From sequence record MK327943.1: DNA of 64,000 bases; one strand, written 5' to 3'. The position numbers and the translations under genes were made by a program. Below the pieces are notes generated by a model, which made no database searches, was not told where the DNA came from, and was given only the letters and a program-made list of their open reading frames with translations. This document shows, one piece after another, positions 8,997-18,880 of the stretch (the first letter of the stretch is position 1; each line of letters opens with the position of its first letter). The DNA comes from Escherichia phage vB_EcoM_G53.

Positions 8997-9674
8997 TTAT
9001 CGCTGTTTTACACTTAACGGGTCAGGATTCTCAGGGACATCTTCAAGGCCAAGCGCATAACGCTGAGCATATTTTAACATCAAAATATCTTTAGCACAAT
9101 CATGAATACTATCATGGGCAACGAATCCTTTTAGCGTACCCATCGGTAATGGACACATACTTAATCCTCGTGTCAACGAGTAAGCTTCGATTGCCGTACG
9201 AATATCGCGTTGAGCCCAGAATTTAACCGGTTCTAATTTATCAGTATCAATATCCGGTTCAAGAACACCTTCATCACGATAGAGGTCACGAATCAAATCG
9301 ACCAAGATCGGGAAGTCAAAGCTCATACCACGGCACCACATCTGTGATTTCCATTGGTCAACTTTATTAGCTCGGCAATAGTCTAAAAAGATTTTAATGC
9401 CTTCAAGCGTAGTGACATCGTCTTCAGACGGAGCCAAGTTTTTACGTGCTTCAGCCGATTGTTCTTTCCACCATTTCATAGTGGATTTAGCGAAAACTCG
9501 CTTCCCTTTCTGAGAAGCTAAATTAAATTTAATTCGCTTACCTCGTTGAACAAGTTCTTCAAATGATTCAACAACTTCAGGGTCGGAATTATATGCAATA
9601 ACCGCAAGGTCAATAACAGCCGCTTTTGATGTATTGCCGAATGTTTCAAAATCTATAATAACATCAGTGCTCAT
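8997..9674 (-). CDS. dexA: exonuclease A (DnaQ-like 3'-5' exonuclease)
   Basis: 225-aa ORF; N-terminal IIDFETFG Exo I motif; adjacent to dda as in T4. Confidence 0.75.
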   Translation of the reverse strand: MSTDVIIDFETFGNTSKAAVIDLAVIAYNSDPEVVESFEELVQRGKRIKFNLASQKGKRVFAKSTMKWWKEQSAEARKNLAPSEDDVTTLEGIKIFLDYCRANKVDQWKSQMWCRGMSFDFPILVDLIRDLYRDEGVLEPDIDTDKLEPVKFWAQRDIRTAIEAYSLTRGLSMCPLPMGTLKGFVAHDSIHDCAKDILMLKYAQRYALGLEDVPENPDPLSVKQR

Positions 9675-9683
9675 AATTTTCTC

Positions 9684-10997
9684 TCAAATAAAATGGACGT
9701 CAAAACGACCACGAGTTGTGCCGACATACAATAATTGTTTAGCTAATTCTGAATCGGCATAATGGATACACGGTGTATAAACAAAGGCAGTGTCAACAGA
9801 CATACCCTGGGCCTTATGGAAGGTTGACACCGGTAGTGCCTTCACCTTAGTGAACATACGTTTAGCATCCCAGAATTCGCTCCATGGAGCTTTACCACCT
9901 TTATTCCAGAATTTGTATGTTTCTGCGGTCTTAGCCAAAAACAAATTGAATTTATAAAGCTCTTCTTCAGAAGAAATAACCTTTATATCTTCGCGGATGT
10001 ATTCTTCATCATCCCCATATGTTTCTACTGTAAGATTCCAGTATCGTATCATATATTCACCTGAAACACCACGTGCTTTAACGAATGTAGACGTTTCTAC
10101 AGCATCTCGAATACGAACGAATTGCCCATTATTGAAAAGCATTTCAGTCATATTTTTACCGTCTAGTTTATAAGTCTTAGTTAACGGTTCCTGTAGAACA
10201 ATGACTTCGTCTTTAATAAATGGTTTTTCTGTTTCAAGAAGTTTTCGGCGAATAATTGAATTTAACTTGTCCACCGACTTATTTGTGAATGCCATCATTC
10301 GATTTTCGAAAAGGTCTTCAGGAGTTTTAACAACGTTAAAATAGTTCATCATATATGATTTAAGGTCTGTATATCCGTGAACACCATGCCCGTCAACTAC
10401 TTTATCGTAAATCCATTTGCCATTACGAATATCAGTTGCAACATCAATAATTGGTGCATTGCTACGTTTAACTTCTGTAAGGTTGCATTGCACAAAGTCT
10501 TTGTGAGTGAAGAAAGGACTTAGATACGCAGTTGATTCGCCTGGGTCTACCGGACGAATCTGGCATCGGTCGCCGATTCCAATTACTGTACACCATTTAG
10601 GGATACTAGCTAACATTATTTTAAACAGAGAACGGTCACACATTGACGCTTCATCAAATAACAGTACACGACACAAGGCTAAGTCGGGAACCTTTTTCTG
10701 TTCAAACAATACGTTTTCTTCGTATGTAGTTGGGTTGATTTTAAGAATGCTATGAATAGTCGATGCTTCTTGACCCGCAAGTTTTCTTAGAACCTTTTTA
10801 GCAGCATGTGTAGGGGCTGCTAAAATAATACCTGATTCTCCAGAAGAAATAAGGGCTTCAACGATGAATCTAGTAAGGGTTGTTTTACCTGTACCAGCGG
10901 GCCCGTTAATAGTTACGTGATGTTTCTTTTCTTTAATAGCGTTCATAACAACGTTGAAGGCGTTTTTCTGGCCTTCAGTCAAATCATCAAATGTCAT
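9684..10997 (-). CDS. dda: Dda DNA helicase (SF1B)
   Basis: 437-aa ORF; Walker A GPAGTGKTT; T4 Dda is of similar length. Confidence 0.85.
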   Translation of the reverse strand: MTFDDLTEGQKNAFNVVMNAIKEKKHHVTINGPAGTGKTTLTRFIVEALISSGESGIILAAPTHAAKKVLRKLAGQEASTIHSILKINPTTYEENVLFEQKKVPDLALCRVLLFDEASMCDRSLFKIMLASIPKWCTVIGIGDRCQIRPVDPGESTAYLSPFFTHKDFVQCNLTEVKRSNAPIIDVATDIRNGKWIYDKVVDGHGVHGYTDLKSYMMNYFNVVKTPEDLFENRMMAFTNKSVDKLNSIIRRKLLETEKPFIKDEVIVLQEPLTKTYKLDGKNMTEMLFNNGQFVRIRDAVETSTFVKARGVSGEYMIRYWNLTVETYGDDEEYIREDIKVISSEEELYKFNLFLAKTAETYKFWNKGGKAPWSEFWDAKRMFTKVKALPVSTFHKAQGMSVDTAFVYTPCIHYADSELAKQLLYVGTTRGRFDVHFI

Positions 10998-11305
10998 CGT
11001 AAAGTCCCTGCAATTGGAATACTAACAATACGGCCTGTGTCCAGGATTCGTTGATACAATCTTTGCGTCTCCGCATCTAGTTTAATGTGTTTCATTTCAA
11101 GCTTATTAAACCAGAACTTACGCGGAGTTTCGACCATTCTTAGAACTCCCATTTTTAAATCTGTTTTATACTGTGTTTTCAAAGTATCGAAAACTTTATC
11201 TGCAATATCCTTTCTAAAAAATACTGCAGGACGATGCTCATCAAGTGGAACCGGGACAGTAAATCCTTCCATATCTCGATAAACTATTGCATATACATAA
11301 ACCAT
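10994..11305 (-). CDS. hypothetical protein
   Basis: 103-aa ORF overlapping the dda start by 4 nt. Confidence 0.45.
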   Translation of the reverse strand: MVYVYAIVYRDMEGFTVPVPLDEHRPAVFFRKDIADKVFDTLKTQYKTDLKMGVLRMVETPRKFWFNKLEMKHIKLDAETQRLYQRILDTGRIVSIPIAGTLR

Positions 11306-11307
11306 AA

Positions 11308-12054
11308 TTAACCTTTAATCAGTTGGAATAATGATGCGCTAAGTGGTAAGCCACGTTTCAATTTTAATTTACCAATGAAACCAATCTTTTCAAAACGTTG
11401 CAGACCTTGGATAACTTTATCATATGTATCGAAAAGCGATTCAGCGTCAGTTAATTTAGTTTTAGTTTTCCAGTCAGAGCCTTTAAGAAGAACGTTGAGT
11501 TTAGTAAGTTCATGGCCTTCTGCTTGATGTGAGCCGTTAATGCGTGCTTTCAAAGCAACAATTCTAAGTTTAGATTCGTTAGATAAAGGTTGATTTTTCA
11601 TCATGTTCGCCATATGCTTAACACGATTTTCACGTTTTGCTCGGATTTTTAAAATAGTACCATAAACATTTTTAATTTGGGCCCATTTCTTCTCGTCGAG
11701 ATTAAGTTTCTCTACTTTACGGGCAGAAGGATTAGCGATACGTCTTGCAATGGCATCACGTTTCTCAATAAGTTCTTCTAATGTTAAATCAGAACGAGCC
11801 GTGTTATATTTTTTCTTAACCGGGATGACATTACCTTTAATGTAGCCTATATCATTATTAAAACGTTCTAAGGATAATTTCTCACCTTCAACAGAGTTAT
11901 TAAAAGATTCACCTGAGTAAGCGCAGACCTTTTGATCAAGAATGTTTTTAAGGTAATTAAAGTCTAAGTTAAAATCCTTAGAGCGTCTCTTCGCAGAAGC
12001 TCTGGTGTGGTCAAGACGACGATTGATTTTGTTAATTTTATTATTTGATAACAT
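11308..12054 (-). CDS. Srd-like protein (position-based call)
   Basis: 248-aa basic ORF between the dda-proximal ORF and the ART pair, matching the T4 srd position and size. Confidence 0.35.
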   Translation of the reverse strand: MLSNNKINKINRRLDHTRASAKRRSKDFNLDFNYLKNILDQKVCAYSGESFNNSVEGEKLSLERFNNDIGYIKGNVIPVKKKYNTARSDLTLEELIEKRDAIARRIANPSARKVEKLNLDEKKWAQIKNVYGTILKIRAKRENRVKHMANMMKNQPLSNESKLRIVALKARINGSHQAEGHELTKLNVLLKGSDWKTKTKLTDAESLFDTYDKVIQGLQRFEKIGFIGKLKLKRGLPLSASLFQLIKG

Positions 12055-12103
12055 AATATTTTCCTCTGTCTTACGGACGTTTGGTCATTTAGCTGATAAG
12101 CTT

Positions 12104-12132
12104 ATAATATCATGCCCTCAGGTAGTGTACAC
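12104..12132 (-). promoter_or_regulatory. early promoter
   Basis: minus strand GTGTAC, 17-nt spacer, TATTAT upstream of the ATG at 12054. Confidence 0.45.
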
Positions 12133-12206
12133 TCTTTTTTCGTAAAATGCTTTAATTTTTTATGTGTTATAATGGTTCTGAGTTCCATCCGGTTATTCCA
12201 ATTCAG

Positions 12207-12815
12207 TCAGTAACTGACAATAGACAGATTCCAGATTGTATAACGTCCATCTTGAATAATAGAATCTACACGCAGTGTAGTCCCTATAGGGAGCATAAAT
12301 TCACATTCGTCAGATATAAGTCTAGCATTAGACCGTCTTGTCGCTTCAGGGAAAGCTCCATTGAACTCACAAGATGGCGCAGCCAGAATCATGTTAAGCA
12401 TATGTTCACGGAAGTTGAAAGCAAATGGTGCATCTTTAATGCAGAACATATTAAATGTTCCGTAAAAATTATACGAAGCAAAGTTACGTGCTACACCGAA
12501 CACTGGGCTGAAGCTCATTACTCTGTCAAATTTAATAATACTACCAATGCCTTTATCATCAAGTGTGGCCATAGTTTTCTTAGAGATTCCACGATACATT
12601 GTCTCAGGAACAGAAGACGACCAATTTCTACGAACGATTGAACTTAACTCCTGTTGAATACAGTCTGGCTTGTTTTCCATACACTGCCACAGTACACTTT
12701 GTTCAATGTCGCTGAATTGACTATCAATTTCGTATTGCAATTCATCTTGATATTCAGGGTTTTGAGCACGACGAACCATTTCTTCAATTTCACACTCGTT
12801 ATACGGCATAAACAT
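12207..12815 (-). CDS. ADP-ribosyltransferase, ModA/ModB family
   Basis: 202-aa ORF; R-S-E type motifs (YRG, SFSP, ECEF); paralog of 12873..13454. Confidence 0.6.
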   Translation of the reverse strand: MFMPYNECEIEEMVRRAQNPEYQDELQYEIDSQFSDIEQSVLWQCMENKPDCIQQELSSIVRRNWSSSVPETMYRGISKKTMATLDDKGIGSIIKFDRVMSFSPVFGVARNFASYNFYGTFNMFCIKDAPFAFNFREHMLNMILAAPSCEFNGAFPEATRRSNARLISDECEFMLPIGTTLRVDSIIQDGRYTIWNLSIVSY

Positions 12816-12843
12816 TTAGGTTTCTCCTGTGGTTGATAAAGGT

Positions 12844-12872
12844 ATAGTATCATCATCGGAAGAGTTTGTACA
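12844..12872 (-). promoter_or_regulatory. early promoter
   Basis: minus strand TGTACA, 17-nt spacer, TACTAT, directly after the upstream stop. Confidence 0.45.
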
Positions 12873-13454
12873 CTAAAAATTCAACATTTTCAAATGAATG
12901 ATTTTGTATAATCGAGATAAAGGGTCGTATTCTAAGTCTTCAATTTCCACAATCTCAAATCTAGAGATACCTGAGACCATGTACTCTTGTTCAGATTCAA
13001 TCATATCTAGGACGTCAACACGCGTTTCTTCCATAACATGCTTAGGGTTCTTTCCGGCGAGTACAATGTTAACCATGTTTTGGTAGTAATCAAAAATGAA
13101 TGGAGCATTCCTGAGACTAAGAATAGTGTACGTCTGATATTCCCATCTCCCAGAGAATTGACGAGCTGTACTGAAATCAGTTGTGAACGATGTTACTCGT
13201 CCAGGAGACCAATGGCATCCAACAGAAAGAAGAGAAAGACGTTCTACTTCTTCTGGAGTTACACCGCGGTAGAGTTCTACTGGTACTGTAGAAGTCATAT
13301 GCTTACGAACAAGATGGTCTAATTCATAGTGGAAATCCGGGTCTTCCTTAGAATCGGTGCAAGCCCAGAGAATGTTTTGTTCTTGGCGGGTGAATTTGCT
13401 ATCAATAAGATTTGTTAGGTATTCACGTTCTTGAAGTTCAGATTGACATGTCAT
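12873..13454 (-). CDS. ADP-ribosyltransferase, ModA/ModB family
   Basis: 193-aa ORF; YRG...SFTTDFSTARQF...EQEYM motifs. Confidence 0.6.
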   Translation of the reverse strand: MTCQSELQEREYLTNLIDSKFTRQEQNILWACTDSKEDPDFHYELDHLVRKHMTSTVPVELYRGVTPEEVERLSLLSVGCHWSPGRVTSFTTDFSTARQFSGRWEYQTYTILSLRNAPFIFDYYQNMVNIVLAGKNPKHVMEETRVDVLDMIESEQEYMVSGISRFEIVEIEDLEYDPLSRLYKIIHLKMLNF

Positions 13455-13506
13455 GATAGACCTCCATTTAAAGATAAGCCTATCATAACATGAGAGGAGG
13501 GAATGT

Positions 13507-13674
13507 AAACTACTTTTTAAGCTTTCCTACTAAAGGTCCATCAGGGCCAGGTTGTTCTAACATGAATAACGATGCTTTAAAAAGCAATGTTAACCCTTTC
13601 ACCATTCGATACCATGTCTCAAAGTCTTTTTCCTTGATTTCTAGTAAGAATTTCTCTTTAAATTTCTCTTTCAT
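13507..13674 (-). CDS. small hypothetical protein (55 aa), not in ORF track
   Basis: ATG overlaps the upstream stop as ATGA (13671..13674); ORF MKEKFKEKFLLEIKEKDFETWYRMVKG... Confidence 0.35.
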
Positions 13675-13859
13675 TTCCAAGGACTCCATGGTGGAGGGTC
13701 ATCATAATAAGAGGCAAGGTCTTTCAGGGCTTCAACAGGTAAACTAAAGCCGTGTCGTTGTATAATACTATCTAGTTCATCGACAAGTTCACTACGATGC
13801 ACTTTAGGAGCCTTGACTTCAGGCTCGTCAAACATACTCATAAGGTCCATATTATTCAC
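13671..13859 (-). CDS. small hypothetical protein
   Basis: 62-aa acidic ORF. Confidence 0.4.
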   Translation of the reverse strand: MNNMDLMSMFDEPEVKAPKVHRSELVDELDSIIQRHGFSLPVEALKDLASYYDDPPPWSPWK

Positions 13860-14316
13860 CTAAATAAAAACTAGCAGGTTCAGAGAATGTTTCTAGTGCT
13901 ACACCTTTTGTCTTAAAAAATTTCCAAATAGCTCGTTGCAAATGGATTAAATCTGCTAATGATGTAATAAAGTATTTTTTGGCAAAATACTTATGGTCTC
14001 GCTTTTCAAACAAGTCTAAACGCTTTTCAGGATTCACATAAACGGCATTTTCCGTAGATTCATAACCTAAGTCCTTTATGCCTTCTTCAAGACTAAACGG
14101 AGAATTTTTAGAATGAGTAATAGCTCCAACTCGCTCTACACGAATTTTGTAACCTTTAGGAATCTGCAATTTGCAGAATTCTTCTACGATATATTGCGGA
14201 TTATTTAGACTTTTGTTAATGAGAATAGCTATTTCTAGTGGAGTCTTATCTTCTACTGGTATATGTTTAAACGACTTGGCTTCAAGCAAATACATTTTAA
14301 ATAACATAGCATCCAT
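13852..14316 (-). CDS. hypothetical protein
   Basis: 154-aa ORF. Confidence 0.5.
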   Translation of the reverse strand: MDAMLFKMYLLEAKSFKHIPVEDKTPLEIAILINKSLNNPQYIVEEFCKLQIPKGYKIRVERVGAITHSKNSPFSLEEGIKDLGYESTENAVYVNPEKRLDLFEKRDHKYFAKKYFITSLADLIHLQRAIWKFFKTKGVALETFSEPASFYLGE

Positions 14317-14495
14317 TATAATTTCCTCGATGGTTCACCCATATAAAGTTTTACAATACGTTCGCCTTCATCTTCGACGAGCTTTTCTTCATGTTTCTGG
14401 AATTCTTTAGCCATATTCTCTTCAAGAACATCCAGCCAATCTTCCGGACCTACACCATCGTCCCAGCTTTTAAACCATTTAACTATCTTGTTCAT
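14316..14495 (-). CDS. small hypothetical protein (start placed at MNKIVKW)
   Basis: ORF 14316..14522; ATG at 14495 overlaps upstream stop (ATGA). Confidence 0.35.
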   Translation of the reverse strand: MNKIVKWFKSWDDGVGPEDWLDVLEENMAKEFQKHEEKLVEDEGERIVKLYMGEPSRKL

Positions 14496-14692
14496 TCGCA
14501 GCTCCCTGAGCTTGAACCACAATCAGAATAACTTGACCCGGAATCACCAGGCCAAGACGATACGTATGAATGATTATAACTTGAAGAGCTTGAAGCGTTA
14601 ACCTGTTTTGTTTTTGGACGAATAACTTCTTCCATCATGCCGTCACCAATGTATTCCCAACTTTTTTCGTGTGTATCAGGAATAGGCATCAT
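14492..14692 (-). CDS. small Ser/Cys-rich hypothetical protein (start placed at MMPIPD)
   Basis: ORF 14492..14815 trimmed to the first ATG after the upstream stop. Confidence 0.3.
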   Translation of the reverse strand: MMPIPDTHEKSWEYIGDGMMEEVIRPKTKQVNASSSSSYNHSYVSSWPGDSGSSYSDCGSSSGSCE

Positions 14693-14705
14693 ACCTTCGC
14701 CTGGT

Positions 14706-14933
14706 TTAACAGCAAACAACTTCTTCAGCATCGTAAGCATTAATTGTTCCTCGAACAAAACGAACACCACCGTCATCCCAACGGATTTCGGCATTAAATT
14801 TGACGTCTTCACCATCCATCATGAATGAGTGTACAACTACATCATCATAATATCCAAGACCGTATTTCAACGAAACTTCTTGAGCAATCAAAGCACCTAA
14901 TGTGTTATTAGGTTTAATCCAACGATTTAACAT
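14706..14933 (-). CDS. small hypothetical protein (start placed at MLNRW)
   Basis: ORF 14706..15002; ATG at 14933 preceded by AAGAGGAG SD and a GTTTAC/TAAGAT promoter. Confidence 0.4.
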   Translation of the reverse strand: MLNRWIKPNNTLGALIAQEVSLKYGLGYYDDVVVHSFMMDGEDVKFNAEIRWDDGGVRFVRGTINAYDAEEVVCC

Positions 14934-15002
14934 ATTGTTCTCCTCTTGAGTAAGTAAAAATATCTTAACACAGTTTTTAGTGGTTGTAAACTGTAGAAAC
15001 AA

Positions 15003-15037
15003 AAAAAAAAGGAATCCCGAGGGATTCCTTAAATTAT
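15003..15037 (-). terminator. intrinsic terminator after soc
   Basis: minus strand ggaatcc-ctcg-ggattcc hairpin followed by T10. Confidence 0.7.
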
Positions 15038-15274
15038 TTAACCACTTACTGGTGTAGGGGTAAACATTGCAGCGTTCTTAGTTTTCCAGTCAGCTGCATC
15101 AGAAACTACAGTAGAATACGCCGCCTTTTCAGAAGGAAAGGTCTGATAATGAGAATCTGCAATCCGATGTTCGTTTGAATAAATCTCAAACGGTACAGAA
15201 ACTTCCATACCTTTAACTTCTTTACCTTCACCAGCAGGATGCGTAAAGGTTTTGATGTTTACATAACCACCCAT
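15038..15274 (-). CDS. soc: small outer capsid protein Soc
   Basis: 78-aa ORF; GYVNIKTF...HYQTFPSEKAAYSTV matches the T4 Soc sequence as I recall it. Confidence 0.8.
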   Translation of the reverse strand: MGGYVNIKTFTHPAGEGKEVKGMEVSVPFEIYSNEHRIADSHYQTFPSEKAAYSTVVSDAADWKTKNAAMFTPTPVSG

Positions 15275-15305
15275 AATTAACTCCTTTGTTGTTTAATTAC
15301 AGGTG

Positions 15306-15313
15306 TATTTATA
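15306..15313 (-). promoter_or_regulatory. late promoter TATAAATA upstream of soc
   Basis: exact TATAAATA on the minus strand about 32 nt upstream of the soc ATG. Confidence 0.6.
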
Positions 15314-15319
15314 ACTTAA

Positions 15320-15856
15320 TCAGTAACCATTATCCTGGCGTTCAAAGTTGTGTTGGTTTTTCAAGTAGTAAAGTTTAAAGATTTCTTCAGCAGAAAGACC
15401 CAGACCTTGGAACATATTCAGAACAAAGTGGAGGATATCAATCATCTCGAATTTAATTTCAAGCTGGTCTTCAGGAGACAGTTCATCGATACGACGATTT
15501 CGATATTCAGCGTGTTGTGCCTTCCATGGCTTCCATACAGAGCTAGCGGCTTTTTCACCGTTGCTCATACCGCCAAGTGAAGTCAGCAGTTCACGAAATT
15601 CATCATCAATATAATCTTTCTGATTACGCAGCCAATCAACAACATCACCAGCAGTGGCCAATTCATCAGGATGTTTGTTATGTTCAGGCTTGTCATTTGC
15701 CAGACGAACCTGTAAAGATTTCTGCATATCAAGCATTACCTGCAGTGGGTCTTTATCTTCGTGAATAAGAGCATTAAAATAAGCTTCTTCTGCTTTATCA
15801 ACACCAGAAATAAGTTGTGAACATTCGTTAAAGTGTGCCATTATTTTTCCTTTCAA
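15320..15856 (-). CDS. 56: dCTPase/dUTPase (MazG-like), gp56
   Basis: 178-aa ORF with MazG-like nucleotide pyrophosphohydrolase character; T4 position between soc and 61. Confidence 0.65.
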   Translation of the reverse strand: MKGKIMAHFNECSQLISGVDKAEEAYFNALIHEDKDPLQVMLDMQKSLQVRLANDKPEHNKHPDELATAGDVVDWLRNQKDYIDDEFRELLTSLGGMSNGEKAASSVWKPWKAQHAEYRNRRIDELSPEDQLEIKFEMIDILHFVLNMFQGLGLSAEEIFKLYYLKNQHNFERQDNGY

Positions 15857-15929
15857 TTCAGTATAAGAGAGTTAATTCTAACATTAATTTTATAAAGCGT
15901 AATAAATAATAGGTAACTAAGGAGATATT

Positions 15930-16127
15930 ATGTTTAAACTTCCATCGTTAATCAACGCTATTAAAGGCAATAAAAAGAAAACTGCTATCGCTGCAATAGT
16001 TGTAGGTGGCATTATTTCATGGAACTTCTGGATTGCACCATTGTTAGTTGCCCATGGTGTTATGGTTCCTTCTGTTCCATTGGATACTGTAGTTGATTTG
16101 GCCTTTGCTATTATAGGGCTTGTTTAA
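15930..16127 (+). CDS. small membrane protein (only plus-strand gene called)
   Basis: 65-aa hydrophobic ORF; strong SD AAGGAG 6 nt before the ATG; converges on the 3' end of gene 61. Confidence 0.5.
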   Translation: MFKLPSLINAIKGNKKKTAIAAIVVGGIISWNFWIAPLLVAHGVMVPSVPLDTVVDLAFAIIGLV

Positions 16128-17146
16128 ATCTTCGAATAACGAGATAATCTCATTTTAGCATGCAACCCACTTGAAATATTCTGTTTCATATATTCTAAAA
16201 TTTCTTGTGGTGTTGCATTTTCTTTCATTACCATATCATTCACATCCTTTGATCTCCATGGAGCTCGGTCCCAGAACATGACACGTTCGCCTGCATCAAC
16301 TAATCGCTTCATGCGAGCTATAGTATCTGGATGCCTAGGTTCATTATCCATTACCCATACCCGACGTTCTTTAAATGGTACCACATCTAAATCTATTGCG
16401 CCGCCTGTAATAGCGATTGCATTGGGTATGAATAAACTATCAATAGGGCCTTCCATTACCCAGACGTCCCCTTCCTTAACACGTTCAACACCATAAATTT
16501 TTGTTGCAGACTCAAACGCTTTAATAGTGATATATTTCTGAGGAGCATCTTTACGAAGTGCACGTCCTTGGAATGACTCGGCCTTCCCATCTTTATTAAA
16601 AATAGGAATCACTAAACGTGGTTCGGGGATCTCTTTCTTATACGTACCAGGTTGAATCTTGTTGACCAATTTGGGCCATTCTAATGTGAACCATAATCTG
16701 TTCCACGATTCTTTAGGAATACACCGAGACTTAACATATTTCACAATAGGATGCTCTTCAGGCAACTTGTCCAGACGAGAACAAGACGGCAAAGAATTTA
16801 TAGTCTTTTTCTCCGGTTCTGGTTTATGTTCAGGAACCTTTTCAATCTTTGGTTCCATTCTAGCTTTTTCTTTACGAACTTCCATTAGATATTCGCGATA
16901 AAGCTCTTCATCATACTCTTTTAAGTATCCGGAAATTGTATTGTGGTATTGACAGTTATAGCAATGTACATTACCAGGAGTACCACCGTAATACCATCCG
17001 CGAGCTTTCATTGCATCCGTCTGGGAGTCGCCACAAACTGGACAACGAAATGTTAATTTAAATGTGCTTGAATTATTAATTTGTCTAAAACGAGGTAGGT
17101 GAGAAAACGCACGATAAGCAAATTCATTATCTATCCATTCAGCCAT
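16124..17146 (-). CDS. 61: DNA primase gp61
   Basis: 340-aa ORF; N-terminal zinc ribbon CPVCGDS...CYNC; TOPRIM-like core; T4 gp61 is of similar size. Confidence 0.85.
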   Translation of the reverse strand: MAEWIDNEFAYRAFSHLPRFRQINNSSTFKLTFRCPVCGDSQTDAMKARGWYYGGTPGNVHCYNCQYHNTISGYLKEYDEELYREYLMEVRKEKARMEPKIEKVPEHKPEPEKKTINSLPSCSRLDKLPEEHPIVKYVKSRCIPKESWNRLWFTLEWPKLVNKIQPGTYKKEIPEPRLVIPIFNKDGKAESFQGRALRKDAPQKYITIKAFESATKIYGVERVKEGDVWVMEGPIDSLFIPNAIAITGGAIDLDVVPFKERRVWVMDNEPRHPDTIARMKRLVDAGERVMFWDRAPWRSKDVNDMVMKENATPQEILEYMKQNISSGLHAKMRLSRYSKI

Positions 17147-17185
17147 AGTATTCTCCAGAGGCCTTAAATTAATAAGGCCATCTTA

Positions 17186-17680
17186 TCACAACTTATTAAT
17201 ATTTACTTTAATTCGCTTTCTTTTCTTGGAAGGAATTTGTTCGGGACCTTTATTTACGACTGCACCTGTAGTTGTTCCTGATGCAATAACTTGAGGGCTG
17301 CCACCTGAATCGCCAGCAACCATATCCTCAAATAAAGGGAGCTCTTTAAATATTTCTTTCTGTTGTTCTTCCGTAATGTTATAGCGTGAAGCTACAGCAC
17401 TCCAGGCAGACATCATTGAGGCCATTCCATTAAGACCTGGAACAGTGCTCATCATTCGCTTCATTGAACGAACTGAAGCATGAAAAGGTGTATAAGCCGC
17501 TTTCTCTTCAGGAGTAGAAGGACGTTTAAGAACACTTCCACGTTCATCGATGATTTTGGCTTCGTATGCTTTCCATTCGGTAAAAGGTTTTTGCATTAGT
17601 CGAATAAACTTATATGCGTAAACAGAATCTATTGCAGTGTTAATAATACCCATAGGTACCTCCTGAGTATATTTAATCAA
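17186..17680 (-). CDS. hypothetical protein
   Basis: 164-aa ORF. Confidence 0.45.
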   Translation of the reverse strand: MIKYTQEVPMGIINTAIDSVYAYKFIRLMQKPFTEWKAYEAKIIDERGSVLKRPSTPEEKAAYTPFHASVRSMKRMMSTVPGLNGMASMMSAWSAVASRYNITEEQQKEIFKELPLFEDMVAGDSGGSPQVIASGTTTGAVVNKGPEQIPSKKRKRIKVNINKL

Positions 17681-17870
17681 TTACAAAGATTGCTTTGTCA
17701 CCATTTATATCTGTGACTTCATATGTAGTGCCTTCATACTGTGGAATATTCCAAATTACACCATCATTAGCTTTTACGCTAATATGGCATTGGTGTTTTG
17801 AAACAACTTCATAATCTTCAAAACTTGTAAAAACACTAATTTTAGAACCGGTGCAAATTGCAGTAGTCAT
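17673..17870 (-). CDS. small hypothetical protein
   Basis: 65-aa ORF. Confidence 0.4.
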   Translation of the reverse strand: MTTAICTGSKISVFTSFEDYEVVSKHQCHISVKANDGVIWNIPQYEGTTYEVTDINGDKAIFVID

Positions 17871-17871
17871 T

Positions 17872-18531
17872 TTAACCTCGATTCATAAATGCATTAAATA
17901 TTTGGTCATCAACAGAAATTTCTAATTCGACTTCAATTGCTTCAGCCTTTTCTTCAGGTGGTAATTCGTATCCACACACTACAATTTTTTCATCGATATC
18001 AAAATATATAGAAGCAATACGATTAATGTTATTTTCAGTTAAGTCCAAATCAACATCAACATCTTTTTGGCCTACACTTAGAGGATAACTAATACGGGTT
18101 ATTTTATTATCTTTAACAAAGAGTCCACCAACATACTCTGTACTACGTTTGAAGTTTACACGTTTCCGAATTGAAAGATATGATACATCTTTACCGTGAG
18201 CTCGGCTCATAGGACATAATGAATAGCTAGAATAAGAGATGTCAAATCCTACACCTTCAATATGAGCCAACGTGTCATGATTAAACCAATTATAATCATA
18301 TGCCAAATCCATTATATTGTAATATGTGAAAGGCACAGGATTAACATCATATGTTGTACCTTTAAAATCTGCCCAGGCAACGATTTCGTTATCTTTAACA
18401 ATTACAAAAATTACACCAATATGGTATCCGTTATTATTTTCATTCGGCGTTATATTATAACATTGTGCATTAGGAAATTTACCATATTTAAATGGCGCAT
18501 TTTTGTGCATATAATAAATCATATTATTCAC
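17872..18531 (-). CDS. hypothetical protein
   Basis: 219-aa ORF. Confidence 0.45.
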   Translation of the reverse strand: MNNMIYYMHKNAPFKYGKFPNAQCYNITPNENNNGYHIGVIFVIVKDNEIVAWADFKGTTYDVNPVPFTYYNIMDLAYDYNWFNHDTLAHIEGVGFDISYSSYSLCPMSRAHGKDVSYLSIRKRVNFKRSTEYVGGLFVKDNKITRISYPLSVGQKDVDVDLDLTENNINRIASIYFDIDEKIVVCGYELPPEEKAEAIEVELEISVDDQIFNAFMNRG

Positions 18532-18817
18532 CTGTGATTTCGGTTACGATATCTTTGTTATCGAAATTAGGGTCACAATACAAAACATAGTTGTACTGCA
18601 TGATACCGCCAGACTTAAGTTGTTCAACAACTTTATTAACCATATTAGGATGGTCTCGTTTAGTGATGTTCATGATATCAGAGAAGATTTGTTGTTCAAC
18701 ATCTTCTTGATTTGCAGTCATTGACCACTCACAGAGGTCTTTATCATAACCTGCCGTAACTGGAGCCGGTGCACATGATACTGCAAGTAAGATTGCTGCC
18801 AATGATAACTTTTTCAT
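18524..18817 (-). CDS. sp: Spackle periplasmic protein (superinfection exclusion, lysozyme gp5 inhibitor)
   Basis: 97-aa ORF with signal peptide; GYDKDLCEWSMTA...GGIMQYNYVLYCD matches T4 Sp as I recall it. Confidence 0.7.
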   Translation of the reverse strand: MKKLSLAAILLAVSCAPAPVTAGYDKDLCEWSMTANQEDVEQQIFSDIMNITKRDHPNMVNKVVEQLKSGGIMQYNYVLYCDPNFDNKDIVTEITGE

Positions 18818-18880
18818 TTTAACTCCTTAGTTGATTTGATAGGACTACTATACTATAGTCCATCTATAATGTAAACAAGT

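Noticed and set aside
11308-12054. HNH-like pattern (CAYSGESF...LSLERFNNDIGYIKGNVIPV) in the 248-aa ORF, suggesting a homing endonuclease
   Set aside because: The catalytic His-containing DH/HNH residues are not present as far as I can align by eye; position and size fit T4 srd, so it was left as Srd-like with low confidence
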